DNA from: Candidatus Fermentibacterota bacterium
GTDB taxonomy: Bacteria > Fermentibacterota > Fermentibacteria > Fermentibacterales > JCC-6
Assembly: GCA_963845085.1 (NCBI GenBank)
Contig: CAWJQI010000004.1
Coordinates: forward strand, 448,001 to 512,000
DNA: 64,000 bases
Reading direction: 5' to 3'
This document shows, in pieces, positions 57,897 through 64,000 of this stretch (position 1 is its first letter; every line of letters begins with the position of its first letter). Position numbers and translations under genes: made by a program. The notes under the pieces were generated by a model, which saw nothing but the letters and a program-made list of their open reading frames with translations, did no database searches and was not told where the DNA came from.

Positions 57897-60792
57897 TCAG
57901 CCCTCGCGGGACAGGATCACCTTCGAGCATGCAAGAAACGTCGTCGTCGAGGCAAGCGCAGGAACAGGCAAGACGACCCTTCTCACCAAACGTGTGGCGA
58001 ACCTGGTGCTGCGTGAAGGTGTCCCCCTCGAAAACCTGGCAGTTGTCACATTCACGGAGGCGGCGGCAGCCGAGCTCAGGGTGAGGATCAGGGCGGAGCT
58101 TTCGGGATCGCCCTCCAGGATCGGTTCGGCATGGATTACCACCATTCACGGTTTCGCCGCAAGGGTTCTGAGGGAGTACCCTCACATGACCGGGGGTTAC
58201 CCTGATTTTTCCGTCGAAACCAGCCATTTCAGCAAAGACGAGCAGAGAATGCTTTGGGATGCGCATCTCGCAGGCCTATCCCGGGAGGATGCGCGGGAAT
58301 GTGCCGCAGGCCTTTCAAACCCGGGTTCGGAATCGCTCATGGAGTTTTCGGGAAAACTTGAGTCAATTCGATGGATCGAAGGGATCGGGCCGTTTGGAAA
58401 CCCCCGTGAAGAGCTTCAACATGGTAGGACAGAACTTACGGGGCTCCTGGATTCGCTTCTCGAGAATTGCACGGACCCCCGGGACCGGCTGGCGACGCAG
58501 ATGGTTTTGCTAAGGGAACGCCTGGCACGGGGAGACGGTCTGTCGACTGTTCAGGTGGTGAACCGCAGCTCCGGGGTCAAGAGCGCGTGGGTGGACAAAG
58601 ACACACTTGATCGGGTGAAGGCCGGGGTTTTCGATGTGAACGACCGCCTCAGGGAGCTGCAGGGAATCGAAGTCTTCCTCGCAGCAGCCCCGGCCATTGA
58701 GAGAATCGTGTTGCCTTGTGCGCTGAATGCAAGGCGGCTGTGGGACAGCGACCGAACCAGGCTGTCATACGACGACCTTCTTTTCCTGGCGCACCGCTCC
58801 GTATCGGTGAACCCCGCCCTCAGGGCTGCTCTTGCGGCCCGTTTCAAACACATTCTAATCGACGAATTCCAGGACACGAGCCTGCTGCAGGCGAACCTCT
58901 TCCTCGGTTTTCTCTCTGCAGGCGGCCTCGAAGGCCGTCTGACGATTGTGGGGGATCCCAAGCAGTCCATTTACGGCTGGCGAAGCGCTGATGTGGAGAC
59001 CTACAACGAAACCGTCGAGCTAGTCACCCGGAGCGGTGCACTCAGGGAGACGATTTCAACCAATTTCCGCTCCTGCCGGGCGGTGATAGCTTTTGTGAAT
59101 GCATTCGGGCGAAGCCTCTTCTCGAATGTCCCCGATGATGAGATACCTTTCCTGTCCGACTACGCCCCCCTTGTTCCGTCCCCCGGCGCCGAGGAAGGGC
59201 CGATGCCTCTCGTGATAAGGCTTCCGCAGCCACCCGATGGCGGATCCGCCGCCGTCTACAAGGGCAGGGCGCAGGCCGAGGCGGTGGCCGAAATGCTGAC
59301 CGGAGAAAACCCCGGGGACTGGGCCATCCTCTTCAAGACAGCCACCCGGCTGGAGGAACTGGTTGAAGCCCTCGACCGCAGGAACATACCCTACATCGTA
59401 GAGGCTTCGAGGGACTTCAAGGAAAGGCTCGAGGTGCAGGACACCGCCATGCTGATCCGGGCCGTCCTGGATCCACATGACAGAAGGGCCCGTGTGCATA
59501 CCCTCCGTTCACTCTATTTCGGCATCGATGACTCAAGCATCACCCGCTGGCTCTCGGGCACGCCTGTGCGGGAGGTGCACGAAGCCGAATCAGTCATCGA
59601 TGCCTTGCGGGCCGCGGCAACCAACCTTTCCCCGCTGCTCTTCCTCGAGAGGGTCTTCCGCACGACCTGCATCACCGAGTCTGTACGGGGAACCGGACAT
59701 GAGGTGAACCGAAGGCTCGGAAACCTCAGGAGCATTCTGGAAAGGGCTGGGAAATGTGAGGGAATGAACCAGCTGCTGGATGAGTTGTCAGGTGTTTCCA
59801 TCCAGGCATCCGAAGAGCCTTCAGCCTCGCCCGACAGCAGCGATGCAGTTACCCTGAGCACGATCCACAGAGCCAAGGGACTCGACTGGAAGAACGTCAT
59901 CCTGCTGAATCCGGGGGCCGGGTCAAGATCGGACAGGAACCCTGTCCTGTCCGACCAGCGAACAGGCAGGGCAGCCCTGGGGCTGCGAGACGGACACAGC
60001 CCATATTTCCTTAAGCTGAAGGAACGCGAGAAGGCCAGGACGAATGCGGAGTTCAGACGTCTGCTCTATGTAGCCGTAACCCGTCCAAGGGAACGGCTCG
60101 TCATTTTTTCTGACACCGGAGAAAAAGTGTCGGGACCCGCCGAAGTCATGTACACAGCCATCGCGGCAGCGGAGGGGCATTATCGAGAGATGACCCTTGA
60201 ACCCCTCGATTTGGAATCGCTGCATCCGAGGCCGATTCCCGCTGTCAGCCACCCCGCCCCTCCCGTGATTGTTCCGCCCCCGGAACCCCCTGCACCCGAT
60301 CCGGCTGCGAGTGCCAAACGGCTTGGTACAGAGGTTCACGCCCTGCTCGAGAAGATAGATCTCAACAACCCGCAGGGCTGGCTTGACCTGAACATCCCCA
60401 TCCTGAGAAGCTGCATGGAGTTCGCTGACGACGCGGCAAAACTTGCATTGGCCTTTTTTGGAACGCCGCTGCCTTTTGATTTGTCGAAGGCCCGCATTCT
60501 TGGCAGGGAGTATCCCCTTCTCGCCGACGGGATGATCCTTTACGTCGACCTCCTCCTCGATATGGGCTCACATTTGGAGGTCATCGATTTTAAGACCGAC
60601 AGCCCCTCCTCGCTGGACAGTCTGTTCGAGCAGTACAGGGCCAAGCTGGAAAGATATGCGGCCGTCCTCGAAAGGCTGAAGAACAAACCGGCAGCGTGCA
60701 GGCTTGTTCTTCTTCAGCAGAGGGAAGTCATCACTCTGAGGGAGCCCTCCGCCCCGGCAAACCGGGGAGGAGGACCGCAGACTCAGTCGTAG
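57874..60792 (+). CDS. addA: AddA-like UvrD helicase / nuclease subunit
   Basis: VEASAGTGKT, TFTEAAAAEL, IDEFQDT, VGDPKQSIY, NFRS, STIHRAKGL, LLYVAVTR, VDLL...IDFKT. Start GTG 57874. Confidence 0.88.
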   Translation: METHIPPDQPSRDRITFEHARNVVVEASAGTGKTTLLTKRVANLVLREGVPLENLAVVTFTEAAAAELRVRIRAELSGSPSRIGSAWITTIHGFAARVLREYPHMTGGYPDFSVETSHFSKDEQRMLWDAHLAGLSREDARECAAGLSNPGSESLMEFSGKLESIRWIEGIGPFGNPREELQHGRTELTGLLDSLLENCTDPRDRLATQMVLLRERLARGDGLSTVQVVNRSSGVKSAWVDKDTLDRVKAGVFDVNDRLRELQGIEVFLAAAPAIERIVLPCALNARRLWDSDRTRLSYDDLLFLAHRSVSVNPALRAALAARFKHILIDEFQDTSLLQANLFLGFLSAGGLEGRLTIVGDPKQSIYGWRSADVETYNETVELVTRSGALRETISTNFRSCRAVIAFVNAFGRSLFSNVPDDEIPFLSDYAPLVPSPGAEEGPMPLVIRLPQPPDGGSAAVYKGRAQAEAVAEMLTGENPGDWAILFKTATRLEELVEALDRRNIPYIVEASRDFKERLEVQDTAMLIRAVLDPHDRRARVHTLRSLYFGIDDSSITRWLSGTPVREVHEAESVIDALRAAATNLSPLLFLERVFRTTCITESVRGTGHEVNRRLGNLRSILERAGKCEGMNQLLDELSGVSIQASEEPSASPDSSDAVTLSTIHRAKGLDWKNVILLNPGAGSRSDRNPVLSDQRTGRAALGLRDGHSPYFLKLKEREKARTNAEFRRLLYVAVTRPRERLVIFSDTGEKVSGPAEVMYTAIAAAEGHYREMTLEPLDLESLHPRPIPAVSHPAPPVIVPPPEPPAPDPAASAKRLGTEVHALLEKIDLNNPQGWLDLNIPILRSCMEFADDAAKLALAFFGTPLPFDLSKARILGREYPLLADGMILYVDLLLDMGSHLEVIDFKTDSPSSLDSLFEQYRAKLERYAAVLERLKNKPAACRLVLLQQREVITLREPSAPANRGGGPQTQS

Positions 60793-62384
60793 AGGGAGAA
60801 AGACTCGGATTCGCTGAGCCTGTTCAGACGCTCGAACGAAACCGTAATCAGCCCTCCTTCGCCTTCAGCCAGGCTTTCCACCCTCAGGGTTGCGGCGCCG
60901 AGCTGACCAGCCGTCGGAACAAATTCGATGTAGGAGTTCAACCCATCGCCACCATCATCGTCAAAAAGCTCACTGCCGTCTGCGAATGTGATGGTGATGA
61001 CGGCATCCAGTTCCTGGCTCTCGGCCGAAATGGCGTAGTTGTACCCTCCAACCATGTCCAGGGTGAACAGGCCGTAGGGAACGCCACGCTCAAGCCTCAG
61101 CTCGTGAACACCGCCAACCGGCAGTAGAACCGGTTCGGTGACGAAAACGGTCCCCGGCTCAACCGTGAATGCAACATCGCTCTGGCCGACCCCGTCGTAC
61201 GGCGCAACAAGGGCCAGGTAGGTACCCGGTTCCAGCTCGAGCGTCAAACGTGGATTCCAGTCGTCGAAATCATCGTTGAAATCCAGGCAGTACGCTTCCT
61301 CCGGACTTTCATAGCCGAGGAGCGTCAGCGTGCAGTCGAGTTCCGAGGCTGCAGAGAGGCTGTAAAACCCCTGCTGCTCGATCACGAAGCCGAAGGCGGA
61401 AACCGGGGTAGTGGATGTGATGCTCGAGAAGTGCCACTCGTTGTCGATGCCGGGCCAGAAAACCATTGCCAATTCCTCGCCGCTGATGACACCTTCGCCC
61501 GATCCCGGAACATCAACCCAGTTTATCTCGCCTTCGTCGATCTCCACAGGTTCTACTGCAAGAGTGAACCTGCCTTCCTCCCCGCTTGCGTAGCTGTTCA
61601 GGATCGCGCCATAAAGGCCGGGCTCGAGTTCGAGAAGAAGCCTTGAGTTCCAGTCCGTGCCGCCGTCGTCGTTCATGGCTACATACTCCGCCCGGCCGCG
61701 TTCGATTGAGACAACCACAAGGTATGAGTCGAAATCCTCGGATTCCACTGTGATGGAGTGGTAACCCTCGGAGGTGACTGTGAACGGGACGAACAGGGCG
61801 TTCTCCCAGTCCGTGATGTAGATTTCGTCCTCGTCAAGATCGTCGACAAGGTCTTCGATGCATTCGTTTTCCTTGTTGTCGAGAAGCCGGGATTCCATTG
61901 TCCCGGTGGCAATGGTTGCACTGGCGGTCCACTCCTCAAGATCCTGGGAGGTGCCTTCGCTCACCGAGACTGCAGCCGTACCCTGTTCGCCGTTCACACC
62001 CCAGACCAGCAACCGGGCACCGGATGGAACCTCGGCCATGACTATCCGGCTGTCAACGCTGTTCCCCCAGTCATCATTCACCGCCAGAACGATGCCCTCC
62101 TTGTCGACCAAAGCCATCACCGGGTCAAAACTGCCTGATGCCGCAGCTTCGAATACCACCATTCCGGATGATTTGACCTTCAGTTCAACGCACGGGAAGT
62201 TGCCTTCGACTGGAATACCGGCTTCGAGCAATTTAACTTCAGCGTCGGCAAGGGCTTCATCAAGCCCTGGAGAAGATGATGTAACGTCCGCCTGTGCGGA
62301 CCCGCCATACCCGAGCCCGCCCTCAAGAAAGCATCCCGAAAAGAGCAGCAGAGCGGAAAGACAAGAAAGCGCCATCAGCCTCAT
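60783..62384 (-). CDS. Acidic lipoprotein with four PPC (pre-peptidase C-terminal)-like repeats
   Basis: Lipobox LFSGC; repeats FDPVM...AVNDDWG, FDSYL...AMNDDGG, LDCTL...DFNDDFD, LDAVI...FDDDGG. Confidence 0.75.
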   Translation of the reverse strand: MRLMALSCLSALLLFSGCFLEGGLGYGGSAQADVTSSSPGLDEALADAEVKLLEAGIPVEGNFPCVELKVKSSGMVVFEAAASGSFDPVMALVDKEGIVLAVNDDWGNSVDSRIVMAEVPSGARLLVWGVNGEQGTAAVSVSEGTSQDLEEWTASATIATGTMESRLLDNKENECIEDLVDDLDEDEIYITDWENALFVPFTVTSEGYHSITVESEDFDSYLVVVSIERGRAEYVAMNDDGGTDWNSRLLLELEPGLYGAILNSYASGEEGRFTLAVEPVEIDEGEINWVDVPGSGEGVISGEELAMVFWPGIDNEWHFSSITSTTPVSAFGFVIEQQGFYSLSAASELDCTLTLLGYESPEEAYCLDFNDDFDDWNPRLTLELEPGTYLALVAPYDGVGQSDVAFTVEPGTVFVTEPVLLPVGGVHELRLERGVPYGLFTLDMVGGYNYAISAESQELDAVITITFADGSELFDDDGGDGLNSYIEFVPTAGQLGAATLRVESLAEGEGGLITVSFERLNRLSESESFSLYD

Positions 62385-62506
62385 GACCCCCTCCATTCGA
62401 TAACAACAATGAACTCGATACCACACGGACCATTGCAACAGCCTATCAATAACCCTGACGCGATGCCGTGAAAAGCCGGGATCGAGTCTGATGGTGGCTC
62501 CGTGAA

Positions 62507-62537
62507 CAAAAAGAACCGGGGCGCCGAAGCGCCCCGG
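62507..62537 (-). terminator. Rho-independent terminator of the C25 peptidase gene
   Basis: Minus strand CCGGGGCGC-TTCG-GCGCCCCGG followed by TTCTTTTTG, 22 nt after the stop codon. Confidence 0.85.
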
Positions 62538-62559
62538 AGCAATCCGAAAACGTGGTCTT

Positions 62560-64000
62560 CTAGTGGATCAGGGTGACCTTCGCAGTGGCGATCTGGCCGC
62601 CCTGCGTGAGTCTCAGGAAGTACACGCCCGTACCAAGACTCTGGTTGTCCCAGGTAACGGAAACCTGGCCGTTGAGGTTGCCCTGGAAGGGTCTGGAGAC
62701 GAGGCGCCCCGAGATGTCATAGACTTCAAGGGAGGCCTGGCCGCCGATACCGGAAATATTGATCGGGACAATTCCCGACACAGGGTTGGAGACGGTGACC
62801 GTTACGGGTGAGAACCCAGCGCCTTCGGTTTCGTCCTCAATGCCTGTCATGGGCCATGTCTTGGTGATCACGCTGGGATCGCCGAAGAGATGGTATGCTT
62901 CGTAGTAGTACTTGGTACTTCCGCCGCCAGAGTAGTAGCTGTATACGGCAAGAAGACCGCCGTTCATGTAACCCATCGGCCAGTAGACATCGTCACCGAG
63001 GAAGAAGTCGTACTCTCCCCTTTCGAGGATGTCGTCCTCATCCCAGTAGGTGCTCGGCCAGCTTCCCCAGAAGTACAGGCCGCCCCTCTCGGGGGTGCGG
63101 GTCCAGGTTTCGGCCCAGCAGGTGCTCGTGCTGTACTGACCCGTGTTGCAGGCGTGGGAGAGAACGCCGGGGAACATGCCGTCGTTGGTGAGCTGGTTGA
63201 AGTTGGACGAGCCGAAGCTCATGTCGCCCCAGCTTGTGCTGCTGCCGTGACCGCTGAAGGTAAGCATGGAGATGCCGGCGTTGATCGCGGTGACAGCCTG
63301 GGCTGCGGTTCCGCCGGAGTGAGGGTAGACCTTGGTGGACATGTAGCCGCGGGGGGTGGCATAAGTGTCGATGCAGTAGTTGTGAGTGCCTTCGGTGATT
63401 GAGTAGTTGTCGCTTGAGGCGATCCAGAGAAGCCTCTGGACCCAGTCCTGCACACCCACGGTGTTCTCGTAGTCGATCACCCTCTGGGCCATCAGAACAG
63501 CCTGCCCCGTGTTCTGAACGCTGAACCGGCCTATGAATGCGTCGGGGATGAACCCGCCGTCATCGAGGGCGACGTAGTAAAGGTCTGTGCTTCCGCCGGT
63601 TGCCGTGGCGGGGAAACCGGGAACGTACTCGATGTCACCAACGAGAAGAACGTACACTGGCGGGGTGGCCCAGTTTTCAAGGGCGTTGTGGATGTAGCTC
63701 TGGATCTCGTTCGCTGATGTGCCGGTAACGGAAAGGTCAACCATGGTCACTTCGAAGCCGCGCGCTTCCTTGTGTGCCACGAATGCGTCCATCCCGGTGG
63801 TGACGAAGTCTGAATGACCGATGATCAGATAAGGGGCGGGAGGAGTGTCGAACCCGGACTCGAAAACACCGTAGTTCGAGGTGAAGCCCGAAAGCATGGT
63901 CTCGAAATCAGCGCTGGCGAAATGGCGGGCCCTGTCGTAACTTCTGGCAACATCGCCGCCGACGAAGTCAAGCCTGATGTCGGCTGCTGCGAGGAGCGTG
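62560..64000 (-). CDS. C25 family (gingipain-like) cysteine peptidase with C-terminal T9SS sorting domain (5' partial)
   Basis: YVLLVGD, TDLYY, FIGRFS, FSGHGS (His), SHACNTG (Cys), YHLFGDPS; CTD NPVS...VYDISGRLV...GVYFLRL...KVTLIH. The frame is open to the window edge. Confidence 0.9.
   Translation of the reverse strand, partial: TLLAAADIRLDFVGGDVARSYDRARHFASADFETMLSGFTSNYGVFESGFDTPPAPYLIIGHSDFVTTGMDAFVAHKEARGFEVTMVDLSVTGTSANEIQSYIHNALENWATPPVYVLLVGDIEYVPGFPATATGGSTDLYYVALDDGGFIPDAFIGRFSVQNTGQAVLMAQRVIDYENTVGVQDWVQRLLWIASSDNYSITEGTHNYCIDTYATPRGYMSTKVYPHSGGTAAQAVTAINAGISMLTFSGHGSSTSWGDMSFGSSNFNQLTNDGMFPGVLSHACNTGQYSTSTCWAETWTRTPERGGLYFWGSWPSTYWDEDDILERGEYDFFLGDDVYWPMGYMNGGLLAVYSYYSGGGSTKYYYEAYHLFGDPSVITKTWPMTGIEDETEGAGFSPVTVTVSNPVSGIVPINISGIGGQASLEVYDISGRLVSRPFQGNLNGQVSVTWDNQSLGTGVYFLRLTQGGQIATAKVTLIH

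Noticed and set aside
55251..60792. Helicase-nuclease pair as an anti-phage or Cas4 system
   Set aside because: Gene order, sizes and motifs fit ordinary AddB-AddA; no defence-island context.
62560..64000. C25 gene as the PorU sortase
   Set aside because: The catalytic domain is followed almost directly by a type-A CTD and has its own terminator, like a secreted gingipain-type cargo; the N-terminus is outside the window so PorU cannot be supported.

Overview
Gene-dense, roughly 60% GC chromosomal window from a diderm bacterium. Several proteins carry T9SS/FlgD-type C-terminal sorting domains and there is a C25 gingipain-like protease, so an FCB-group lineage such as Ca. Fermentibacterota is likely (inference from protein style only). 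It contains envelope and housekeeping genes (uppP, aspartate kinase, tldD/pmbA, cca, murB, sat, addAB). A ~27 kb minus-strand run (45325->18191) carries a surface-glycan cluster with two PorZ-like paralogs, coupled directly to phoBR, followed by a porin and pstSCAB-phoU. No rRNA, tRNA, CRISPR array or transposase was recognised. Main observations: (1) a candidate T9SS-cargo glycan-anchoring operon (PorZ-like x2, Fem/GNAT ligase, GT-C, flippase, Wza/Wzz); (2) an SppA protease fused to a PorV/FadL-like barrel beside a barrel-only Omp85; (3) a 140-bp AT-rich element with perfect 37-bp inverted ends that supplies the stop codons of both flanking genes; (4) an orphan DnaA-box cluster; (5) an 11-bp-periodic Pho-box-like array; (6) four single-base frameshifts (YncE-CTD, TPR-barrel, DEDDh/GIY-YIG, pstS) that may be assembly errors. 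All family calls come from motif recognition by eye; no database search was run.
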